Source of the DNA: Candidatus Undinarchaeales archaeon
GTDB taxonomy: Archaea; SpSt-1190; JASMDC01
Length of the DNA: 64,000 nucleotides
Assembly (NCBI GenBank): GCA_030753015.1
Contig: JASMDC010000008.1
Coordinates: 9,281-73,280 of the forward strand
Direction: 5' to 3'
This document shows, piece by piece, positions 19,529-27,662 of the stretch. Both the position numbers and the translations under genes were made by a program. The notes under the pieces are model-generated. The model was not told where the DNA came from and did not search any database. It saw nothing but the letters and a program-made list of their open reading frames with translations. Position 1 is the first letter of the stretch. Each line of letters begins with the position of its first letter.

Positions 19529-20491
19529 ATGGACCGGTACGACATCACCGAACATCCGTTGACCATCGTGAACGAAGCGGGCGGCTCGCTGTCCGTTTAC
19601 GTGGGCGAGCGTTCTTTTAACAGCTACCTCGAGGATGTCGCTCAGAACGGTGCTGATGGGGAAACGCTCGTGTTCAATCCTCCGGATTCTTCCATGGCCG
19701 TAATCTCGGGTACCGGGACCTATCTGCTCGACGGGGCCGGGACCGTTGTGGTCTCTAAGGACGCGTCCCCGCGGTTCTTCTACTCCGTACCTGAGACCGG
19801 GTCCATGGGCCCCCTGGCCATGACCACCAAGGCCCCTGAATGGTGGGGGCGCTATGAAGGCGATCCTATGAACACCAGTGGCTATAGGGGCGATGACTCG
19901 ATCGGTGTCTACGACCTCTCCGGGCGTCGGAATGCTATCACTGGTGGTTCTACTGAGTGGACCAACGACGCGGTCTCTTCACGACCGGACAACGCCGACG
20001 GTGTTTTCGGATTCTCCTACATGACATCGGGAAGGATCAAGGATGGTGATCCCAACGATATGGTACCCATCCCCGAGAACCGACCGACCGAGAGCATACA
20101 CAGACATCCCAAGGTACATCAGTACGTCCAGAGCTCGGACATAACAGGCATTCACGAGCTATACGTCGTCGTTGAGGGGCGCGTGGGCATCGGTGTGTTC
20201 CATCAGGACAAGGGGACGATGGACTACCACCTTCTTGAAGCAGGCGAAGCCCTGGTTGTTGAACCGGACGAGGTCCATGCCATCCTGGCCACATCGAGAG
20301 AGTTCGCTTATGCATGCGCCCAGTCACCGAGCACCTATCATTATCCCTTCGAGTACACGAAGCACGATTTCTCTCCCGTCTCGGAGATGGAACGGAGGCT
20401 GGGGTACGATGTCCACGAACGACTGAAAGCGCTCACTGAACCGGGCATGTACACGATGGAAATGGACGCCTGGGCTCTTGGGATCAATTAG
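19529..20491 (+). CDS. protein with a C-terminal cupin domain
   Basis: IHRH...HELYVVVEG...LEAGEALVVEPDEVHAI cupin metal motifs. The N-terminal half is unrecognised. Confidence 0.72.
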   Translation: MDRYDITEHPLTIVNEAGGSLSVYVGERSFNSYLEDVAQNGADGETLVFNPPDSSMAVISGTGTYLLDGAGTVVVSKDASPRFFYSVPETGSMGPLAMTTKAPEWWGRYEGDPMNTSGYRGDDSIGVYDLSGRRNAITGGSTEWTNDAVSSRPDNADGVFGFSYMTSGRIKDGDPNDMVPIPENRPTESIHRHPKVHQYVQSSDITGIHELYVVVEGRVGIGVFHQDKGTMDYHLLEAGEALVVEPDEVHAILATSREFAYACAQSPSTYHYPFEYTKHDFSPVSEMERRLGYDVHERLKALTEPGMYTMEMDAWALGIN

Positions 20492-20495
20492 AAGC

Positions 20496-20906
20496 TCAAT
20501 GTGAAAGATCCTCGATAAGTCCTTTCACTCTACGTTCGATCTCGTCCCGTACCGCACGAACCTCTTCGAGCGGTCTTCCCTTCGGATCAGGAAGTGCCCA
20601 GTCATCTGTTGGTAGTCCTGTCCGTGGGCACATGCCGTCCATACAACCCATAGTGATCGCACGTTCAGCACCGTCAGTCATCTCTTCCGTGAGCTTCTTT
20701 GGTTGTTCCTGGGCCATGTCGATCCCTACCTCGCGCATGGCCTCAACGACCTCGGGATGGACATGGTCCCCTGGTTCGGTCCCGGCGCTCACACCGATAT
20801 AGTCTTCGGGAGCATTACGGTTGAAGAACGCAGCAGCTATCTGCGATCGGCCGGCATTGTGCACACAAATGAAGAGGACTTTACGCGCAGAGTCGTGCTC
20901 CATCAT
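20496..20906 (-). CDS. arsC: arsenate reductase / LMW-PTP family
   Basis: VLFICVHNAGRSQ P-loop, ITMGC...CP and DWALPDP. Confidence 0.88.
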   Translation of the reverse strand: MMEHDSARKVLFICVHNAGRSQIAAAFFNRNAPEDYIGVSAGTEPGDHVHPEVVEAMREVGIDMAQEQPKKLTEEMTDGAERAITMGCMDGMCPRTGLPTDDWALPDPKGRPLEEVRAVRDEIERRVKGLIEDLSH

Positions 20907-20943
20907 TAGATAACATGCGATATCAGGTTAAAGAGGTTACGTC

Positions 20944-22215
20944 CTAGGCCCGGCCGGGCCGGTCCTGGAGCAGCTCCACCATGTCATAGACGACGCAGTC
21001 CCATGCGAGCGGTTTCGCGCCTCCGCCATCGCCGTTCTCTGGGTTGTAGTGCTCCCACCAGTCATGTTCTTTCACGAGGTCGACCGTCTTATGTGCGACC
21101 TGCTTGGCAAGGTCCGTCCTTCCCTGGTTCTCAAGGCCCTTCATGACGAACCAGTTGACGTTCAACCAGACGTTACCACGCCAATAAGTGTCGGGATCGT
21201 AACTCTCGTTGTCCATCGATGTCGTGGATATGCCGTACTGTGCCCAGAACTCGTCGGTGTTCGTTAGATGTTCGTCTATCATCTTTGAGTAGTCGAACTT
21301 TCTATCGAGGAGCATCGGGTAGAACATCGCTGCCGACTTTACAGGCGAGAGTGTTCCATCGGAAAGTATGTCGCAGAACTTGTCACCATCGTACATTGTG
21401 TTGAAGATGGCATCCGTTGTCTTTGCTGACTGGTTTTCGAGCCATGAGTCGTCCCTTCCGATCTCTCTGCTCAGGCTCGCGAGGATCTTTACGTTCTTTG
21501 CGTAGAGCACGTTGAAGTCAACGGGCTTCACCTCGAAGCTGCCATTCGTAAGGATCTTTCGTTCGTCCCATCCTTGTTCCTGGCACTCCTTGAATATCCT
21601 CATCTTGTGCTTTCCGATCTCTTCACGGGTACCTTCGGTCACACCGTACGTCGAGTCCCACCGTTGTGAGTTGTCCCATCCGCTCTCCCAGGAATGGTAT
21701 ATCGACAGCAGTTCATCACCGTCCGGATCCCGGACGTCCTTGAGGTGTTTGTAGTAGTTCTCCAGCTGGGGAAGGACCTCTTTAAGGAACTCCTTGTCAC
21801 CTGTTCGATCGTATATGCGTTCAACGGCCATTGCGATGATCGGCGGTTGGACCATGTCGGAATGGTAGGGCGAGGACCAGTACTCGTCTACGAGGTCCTT
21901 GAAGCCCTCAGGTACCTCTTGTCCATCCCCGTTGAAGTAGTTCATATGAGGGATGAACCCGTCAGCACTCTGGTTCGCCAGCATGGACCGGACCTCTTCC
22001 TTTGCTACACCGGGCTCTCTTTCAGCAAGCACATAGGCTTGGAAGCAGGAGTCCCAGAACCATTGTCGACCGACATAGCCCTCGTGGTTCACACTGGGGG
22101 TCGTGAACGTGTGGCCATCGACGGTGACACGCTGCTCTGTGAGCAACCTGTATGCTGATTCCTTGACCTGATCAAGGTCCCCATCAGTAGGGCAAGTGGT
22201 GTAATCCAACTGCAT
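20944..22215 (-). CDS. (alpha/alpha)6 glycoside hydrolase, GH63/MGH1-trehalase-like
   Basis: QWFWDSCF, QPP, WESGWDNS.RW, YWRGNVW and EHYNP motifs. Start re-picked at ATG 22215. Confidence 0.85.
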   Translation of the reverse strand: MQLDYTTCPTDGDLDQVKESAYRLLTEQRVTVDGHTFTTPSVNHEGYVGRQWFWDSCFQAYVLAEREPGVAKEEVRSMLANQSADGFIPHMNYFNGDGQEVPEGFKDLVDEYWSSPYHSDMVQPPIIAMAVERIYDRTGDKEFLKEVLPQLENYYKHLKDVRDPDGDELLSIYHSWESGWDNSQRWDSTYGVTEGTREEIGKHKMRIFKECQEQGWDERKILTNGSFEVKPVDFNVLYAKNVKILASLSREIGRDDSWLENQSAKTTDAIFNTMYDGDKFCDILSDGTLSPVKSAAMFYPMLLDRKFDYSKMIDEHLTNTDEFWAQYGISTTSMDNESYDPDTYWRGNVWLNVNWFVMKGLENQGRTDLAKQVAHKTVDLVKEHDWWEHYNPENGDGGGAKPLAWDCVVYDMVELLQDRPGRA

Positions 22216-22411
22216 AACCGACTGTCCCCAGTTATCCCTCTGTGAGGGATGCCAAAATACGCGGATCAGGCTGCTTATATAGTTTTCTCCAACTATCGTT
22301 GTACGTAAGTATGTTTCTTCCCAAAGAGGGGGGATGTTACTACTCTTTAATGGTAACATATATAAAGCTGGAGAACAATAATACTATCAGTCGTTCTCGT
22401 CCGGTGTTCTC

Positions 22412-23425
22412 ATGGAGAGTTATGTTGCCGACATTGCGTATGAGGCTGTAGACAAGGGTGTCTTCGCATCTCGGCCTTCCTCCTACTCCCCTTTTTCTGA
22501 TGGCCTGAGCGGCGCAAACGTTGGCATGGTCGAGTTCGAGGACGGTACAAAGGCCGTGTACAAGGGCGGTCCGTTAGATGAGATCGCTGGTGAGGTCCGT
22601 AATTACGGTGAATGGGAGAAGTACAATCCTGCAGCTGTACCGAAGGTCTTCTATTCAAAGAAGGAAGGCGATGACCGCTGCTCCTTCCTGATGGAGTACA
22701 TCGAATCGCCCAACCTGCACGAGCTCTATACTCAGAAACCGGAAGAAGGTAGAACGGGAACGTTAAAAGCCGTTGATGAACTAGCAAAGAGCTACGAGCG
22801 ATCGAAGATGAGCGCCTGCCCGGTCGATAATTATCTGGACAAGATAACGCGAAAGGTGAAACAGAGCGCAGAAAAGCATGAAGAGATCGCAGACCTACTG
22901 AAATACGACACGATAGCAATCAACGGAAAGGAATACACCAATCCCCTCAAAATGGTGGAAGAGCTCGAAAAGCACAATCATCGATACAAGGCTCCGTTCG
23001 CGACACTTACCCACGGTGACCTTCACGCCCGCAATATACATTACGATCAAGGGACTGGACGGACATATCTGATCGATCCTGAGAAGACGCGGTTCGGTGA
23101 TTATGCAGCAGATGTTGGACGCCTTCTTGCGACAACAACGTGCAACTACACTCAGATTGAATCAGCAAGTGCGAAGGATGGTAACATTGATTACCAGAGC
23201 TCCCTTGACGACTACTTCAAGAATATAATATCGGATGTCGAGAGGAAGTTCGATAATTTTGCTGAGGACAATTTCGATAGAGGATTCCATGATAGACTAG
23301 AACTGAGCAGGGCCTCGGCCAAGTTCGTCCTGCCTGCATTCAGCGATGATAAGGAGTTCTCATTCGTCAGCTTCGGTGAGGGAGTGAAGCTCCTGGACGA
23401 AGTCTACCAGAACACAAAGAAATGA
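22412..23425 (+). CDS. APH/choline kinase-like phosphotransferase
   Basis: GLSGANV loop, LMEYI, HGDLHARNI and LIDP. Confidence 0.82.
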   Translation: MESYVADIAYEAVDKGVFASRPSSYSPFSDGLSGANVGMVEFEDGTKAVYKGGPLDEIAGEVRNYGEWEKYNPAAVPKVFYSKKEGDDRCSFLMEYIESPNLHELYTQKPEEGRTGTLKAVDELAKSYERSKMSACPVDNYLDKITRKVKQSAEKHEEIADLLKYDTIAINGKEYTNPLKMVEELEKHNHRYKAPFATLTHGDLHARNIHYDQGTGRTYLIDPEKTRFGDYAADVGRLLATTTCNYTQIESASAKDGNIDYQSSLDDYFKNIISDVERKFDNFAEDNFDRGFHDRLELSRASAKFVLPAFSDDKEFSFVSFGEGVKLLDEVYQNTKK

Positions 23426-23453
23426 TAATACCATAAAAATCTCTATAGAGAGA

Positions 23454-24632
23454 TCATAAGGCAGTATCTTCTGAGTTCTTTTCTTGTCGCTTTTCGATAA
23501 GTGTCTTCATCTTCCGGATAGATTCTTTGACATCTTGGTTCTCTGGATCGAGCATTAGTGCGCTGTCGAACCGTTCCAATGCCTTACAAATATCCCCTTT
23601 AGCGACGAGGGCGAGCCCTAATGCATATACTGTCTCTACATCATCCGGCCTGATATCGAGAGAGAGATCGAATGCATGAATAGCATCGTCTAGGTCATCA
23701 AGCTCAAGTAGCGCGTTTCCGAGGGATTTCCAGGTATCTGGATCACGATCGTATATGTCCAGTGCTTTCTTATAGGCCTTGACAGCTTCCTCTAGGTACC
23801 CCGCGTCGTGGTTTACTCTACCGAGGTTGTAGGCTATAGTTGGATTATCGTTTTCTAACTCGGCCGCACGTCTAATGGCAATTATCGCAGCATCGTATTT
23901 ATCGAGAGAGTACTTGCACGATCCAAGCGCTGCCCATGCTTCCGTGAAATCCTCTTTTAGTTTAAGGGCCTTTGAATAAGCAAGGATGGCATCGTCCAAA
24001 CGTCCCCGTTCCTCGAGAGTCCGTCCAAGTTCATACCAAAGATCCTCTCTGTCCGGATCTATTTTTAGGGCCTTCTCGAAACACGACGTGGCCTCTTCCA
24101 TCTTATCAAGTTCCAAGTTGACAATTCCAAGCATGCTCCATGTGTCAGCATCAGAGCCACCTAATCTGATGCTCTCTCTGAATTCCTTTTCAGCCTCTTC
24201 AAAGTCATTTAGTTCGAAAAGAGCACGTCCTAGGTTGTAATGACTGGTTGGATTGTCCGGTTCCTGTATGAGTGACATTCGGAATGCTTGTGCCGATTGC
24301 TCCATCTTACCGGCTTCGTAATATGTCAGGCCAAGGAATCGCCATGTCTTAGCAAGTTCAGGAGAATATCTTATGAGCTTCTTGTATGCGGTTATGGCTT
24401 CCTCGAACCTACCTTTTTCACGATGGATTGTTCCAAGTCTTGCCCAAGCCTCGGCAATGTCCGGTTTAATCTTCACGGCTTTTCGGAACGCATTTATGGC
24501 ATCATCTGTCCTTCCTTCGGCTAGATTTGCTAGTCCGAGAGAGTACCATCCATCTGCATCCTCATTCCATGACGTAAGCCGAAGTCCACCGGACAGCATA
24601 CCCCGCTTCCGGTCGTCCTTGCCCACGCACAT
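23454..24632 (-). CDS. tetratricopeptide repeat protein
   Basis: About 11 consecutive 34-aa W..LG...A...(F/Y)..A...P repeats. Confidence 0.92.
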   Translation of the reverse strand: MCVGKDDRKRGMLSGGLRLTSWNEDADGWYSLGLANLAEGRTDDAINAFRKAVKIKPDIAEAWARLGTIHREKGRFEEAITAYKKLIRYSPELAKTWRFLGLTYYEAGKMEQSAQAFRMSLIQEPDNPTSHYNLGRALFELNDFEEAEKEFRESIRLGGSDADTWSMLGIVNLELDKMEEATSCFEKALKIDPDREDLWYELGRTLEERGRLDDAILAYSKALKLKEDFTEAWAALGSCKYSLDKYDAAIIAIRRAAELENDNPTIAYNLGRVNHDAGYLEEAVKAYKKALDIYDRDPDTWKSLGNALLELDDLDDAIHAFDLSLDIRPDDVETVYALGLALVAKGDICKALERFDSALMLDPENQDVKESIRKMKTLIEKRQEKNSEDTAL

Positions 24633-24716
24633 GGTTGGTCGGATGATGCTTATAAACGTTCTTAGTGAGCAAAATCGAAATGTATATAAAGAAGTAACTA
24701 CTATATAGTAGTAACA

Positions 24717-25625
24717 ATGGGCCTGTTCGATTACTTCTCTACTAATCGCACCTCGTTCGACGAGGTCCAGCGATCGGTCCAGGAAGGCATCGACGGGCAG
24801 TCTGTATCCGATGAAGCCGTGATGGACATACTCAATGCCGCATCAAGGTACGTTAAGGACGCCAAGCGTGGCGAAGAAGCCAAGAACGAGGTCGCCCAGT
24901 ACCTCACTGGTGAGCATGCCCTGAAGCAGCTCCAGTACACTGGGGAGAAAGGTTTCGATTATATGAACGGATGGCTCACATCATCTACTGATGATATTAT
25001 CAGGTCCGTAGAAGGACCGGAATTATATGGAGAGTTCGCGAAGGACGGCAAGGGTCCACTCACCCTTAACAGGCCCACAAGGGGTAACTGGACATCGGAC
25101 AAAGCCTCTAACGACACTTTCCTGAAGTACCAGACTTCAAGAATGGAAGAGCTCGGCAAGCAGCACTCGGACGCATATTCAAAGGCAGAGGTGTACCATG
25201 GCTGTTCGCTCTCGCCGGATGAGGTGTTCAAGAACGGGATACCGGCCAAGGGTGGCGACCATTACAACATACAGGACCATCAGTACGACAGAAATGATAA
25301 GAACGAGGGATCCGCGCTTCGAGGTGGCTGCCTTGACGCCAGGAATCCTGCGAAGTTCGCTGGAGAGGACAGCTTCGTTTACCTTATAGCCCCGGTTGGT
25401 GGGGCAGTCGATGTGAACACGGCTCTTGGTGGTAGGAGGTTGGATGTCTCGCAAGGTAAGATGGTGGGTAGCATTATGTACGGGGAGACCGAATTCGCGT
25501 TCGGTTCGATGCAACCAGCTTACGCGATCAAGGGTGCCTTCAAAGTCGGACCCTATTTCGATGCTCCTGATGCACACAGGCTCGGTGAGTTCATCCCCAA
25601 TCCCGGATACACGCTCGGCGTGTGA
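24717..25625 (+). CDS. putative mono-ADP-ribosyltransferase domain protein (scabin/pertussis-S1-like, atypical active site)
   Basis: VYHGCSLSPDEVFKNG, VYLIAPVGGAVDVN..LG, ETEFAF, IKGA and NPGY match the order and spacing of scabin/pierisin/pertussis-type ART motifs as I recall them. Confidence 0.68.
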   Translation: MGLFDYFSTNRTSFDEVQRSVQEGIDGQSVSDEAVMDILNAASRYVKDAKRGEEAKNEVAQYLTGEHALKQLQYTGEKGFDYMNGWLTSSTDDIIRSVEGPELYGEFAKDGKGPLTLNRPTRGNWTSDKASNDTFLKYQTSRMEELGKQHSDAYSKAEVYHGCSLSPDEVFKNGIPAKGGDHYNIQDHQYDRNDKNEGSALRGGCLDARNPAKFAGEDSFVYLIAPVGGAVDVNTALGGRRLDVSQGKMVGSIMYGETEFAFGSMQPAYAIKGAFKVGPYFDAPDAHRLGEFIPNPGYTLGV

Positions 25626-25742
25626 AGGGCTTACCCGGAAAGAGTCTTGTATAGTAAAATTATCCCTGATAGATTGATCGACGCCTCTTTTTTCCTAGAG
25701 ATAGGTACCTTTTACCGGGCAGGGAACAGAAAGAAAGGGGGG

Positions 25743-25797
25743 CCCTCGCCCCGGGGAAGGGCGAGGGAAAGGGGGACAGGGGAAGTCAAAAAAAAAA
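25743..25797 (-). terminator. T10 tract plus 9-bp GC hairpin between convergent genes
   Basis: A10 at 25788-25797 directly after the minus-strand stop. CCCTCGCCC-N7-GGGCGAGGG at 25743-25767. Confidence 0.55.
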
Positions 25798-25800
25798 GCA

Positions 25801-26094
25801 TCATGTGTGATTATTCTTCAATAGGTCGTGAGACAGTCCGACATAGGTGTGCTCCCCAAGCATCCTGACATCCACGTGATCGTGGTTCTTCAGCCTGAGA
25901 AGCTGGTCTTGGGTCACCTCCGTGCCGAACTTGGACCTGTGCGCCGCCGAGAGCTTATCCAGAGTGATGAACTTGTACATCTCGTTCCGGGTTTTTGTGT
26001 ATACCCTGGACCTGGAGAAAGTCGTGTAAACGGTCCTAAGGCGCTTGATGAGGTCCGTTTCATTTGGTTTCTCTTTCAAGACCATTTTCATCAT
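25801..26094 (-). CDS. small basic protein, possibly winged helix (OST-HTH/LOTUS-like)
   Basis: 97-aa ORF with a TTTAAATA box upstream and a T-tract downstream. ITLDKLSAAHRSKFG resembles wHTH/LOTUS helices (weak). Confidence 0.5.
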   Translation of the reverse strand: MMKMVLKEKPNETDLIKRLRTVYTTFSRSRVYTKTRNEMYKFITLDKLSAAHRSKFGTEVTQDQLLRLKNHDHVDVRMLGEHTYVGLSHDLLKNNHT

Positions 26095-26136
26095 CTGATG
26101 GAGCTGCGCCCGGATAGTTGTATTTAAAGTTTACCT

Positions 26137-26272
26137 TTCACCCGTAGTAACACAAAATATGGCACGTAATTCGAGTGGAGGGGTGAAGTATAAACCCAGT
26201 AAGGGTGAAGGATTTTATATATTAAGTAAATATAGAGAAATATAAACCTTTAAGGTAGCGAGAATAAACTTT
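26137..26272. promoter_or_regulatory. AT-rich intergenic region with repeated GGGTGAA boxes and a TTCGAGTGGAGGGG motif
   Basis: TTCACCC at 26137, GGGTGAA at 26181 and 26203 (22-bp spacing), followed by an AT-rich stretch. Confidence 0.5.
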
Positions 26273-26273
26273 T

Positions 26274-27521
26274 TTAGGAGCGTCGGGCAACAATGAATGA
26301 GTTCCGGCCTTTGTCGACCTCTTCGAGATGAACGACCTCCGCGGGGAACTCGAGCTCGATGATGGATGCTAGTTCCTCTGCGGACCTGCAATGCAAAGCG
26401 AACACTCTGTGATAGAACTCATGGACGACTGATTCTTTGATATTCTCCTTCTTTGAGACGGCCGAGGGTATCTTCTTTGCGAGAAGGGAGTAATTGATGA
26501 CCTTTGAATCGGGATCTATAGCATACTCGACACCATTGTGCTTTGAAAAAGAGACCCATTCATCGAAGCAACCATTACTGGAAGAGCAGATGATGAGGTG
26601 ACCGCCAGGGCGGAGAACACGGAAAGACTGTGTTAGAAACGCCCGAAGACCTTCATCGGAGAAATAAGGTATGAGCCTCTCCGACAGTACGATATCAAAA
26701 GCGCCGTCTTCAAAGTGCATCCGGCGAGCGTCATCACGATGAAGCTTGACCTTTTCAGTCTTCTTGTATCGCTTCTGAGCAGCCTCAAGGAACGCGCTGT
26801 AGATATCAATAACGTGGACCTTCTCGGCAAAGAGCTGGGAGCGGTTGATCCACGTTGTTGTGGAAGCTCCGGTGACAAGGATATTTCGACAGGACGATAC
26901 AAAGGAGAAAGCGAGCTGCGTCACTTCCTCAGATGGCCTGTAGTAGTCAGGGAGGTCCGACCATACGGTCGCAATGTTATTCCAACCGGGAACGTTCGTA
27001 CGTTCCTTCGTTATCGAGGAAACGTCACCTGCATCGATCTTGAGAACGTCTGCTAGTATGCGGTCGACAGCAAGAGGATACTCACCTTTAATGGGCTCGA
27101 ACGCAGTGACCGTAGAGAATGAGCGGAGGTAGGGTTCGAGAGGTCCGAACACGTTCTGTGTGACGTTCTTCCCGTACGTTTTAGCGTCCTTGTCGCATAC
27201 GAGCATGATGATGTCATACTCACCAGATACCTTGTAAGCCGAATGGATGTAAGGATTCTTCTTGATAGCTTCATGTATCTTCTTCTCGTTCTTCTTGTAT
27301 TCCTTCGTGATGGCCATGACGAAGGCGAAGAAGTTGTAACCGCAACGTTCGGCGTCAACGTCCACAGTAAACTTCTTTATCTGGCCTTTGGACCGCATTC
27401 GATGTATCCGTTTCCAGACAGCCTGTCGTCCGATGCCCAGCTCCGATGCCATGGAGTCGAGCTTCGTCTTCCCATCATCCTCGAGACGCTTGAGAATGCG
27501 GGCATCGACCTCGTCGAACAT
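26274..27521 (-). CDS. Lrp/AsnC regulator fused to a class I SAM-methyltransferase-like domain
   Basis: FDEVDARIL..L..DG HTH and VSGEYD RAM domain, followed by VIDI, DARRMHFEDGAFDIV and RVLRPGG. Confidence 0.85.
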   Translation of the reverse strand: MFDEVDARILKRLEDDGKTKLDSMASELGIGRQAVWKRIHRMRSKGQIKKFTVDVDAERCGYNFFAFVMAITKEYKKNEKKIHEAIKKNPYIHSAYKVSGEYDIIMLVCDKDAKTYGKNVTQNVFGPLEPYLRSFSTVTAFEPIKGEYPLAVDRILADVLKIDAGDVSSITKERTNVPGWNNIATVWSDLPDYYRPSEEVTQLAFSFVSSCRNILVTGASTTTWINRSQLFAEKVHVIDIYSAFLEAAQKRYKKTEKVKLHRDDARRMHFEDGAFDIVLSERLIPYFSDEGLRAFLTQSFRVLRPGGHLIICSSSNGCFDEWVSFSKHNGVEYAIDPDSKVINYSLLAKKIPSAVSKKENIKESVVHEFYHRVFALHCRSAEELASIIELEFPAEVVHLEEVDKGRNSFIVARRS

Positions 27522-27540
27522 CGAGAGTCAAGGTTTACAA

Positions 27541-27640
27541 TGTAATTTATATTTCTAGTGGAGGGGCTGAACCAACTCAAAAAGGGTTGAAATATACACC
27601 TTATAATTACAATTATCAATCCAAGGCAAAGGTTTTTCAA
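27541..27640. promoter_or_regulatory. AT-rich divergent promoter region with a second copy of the TTC-AGTGGAGGGG motif
   Basis: TTCTAGTGGAGGGG at 27553, GGGCTGAA at 27564 and GGGTTGAA at 27584. Confidence 0.5.
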
Positions 27641-27662
27641 GCCGTTCTGTTGTCCTCACTAT

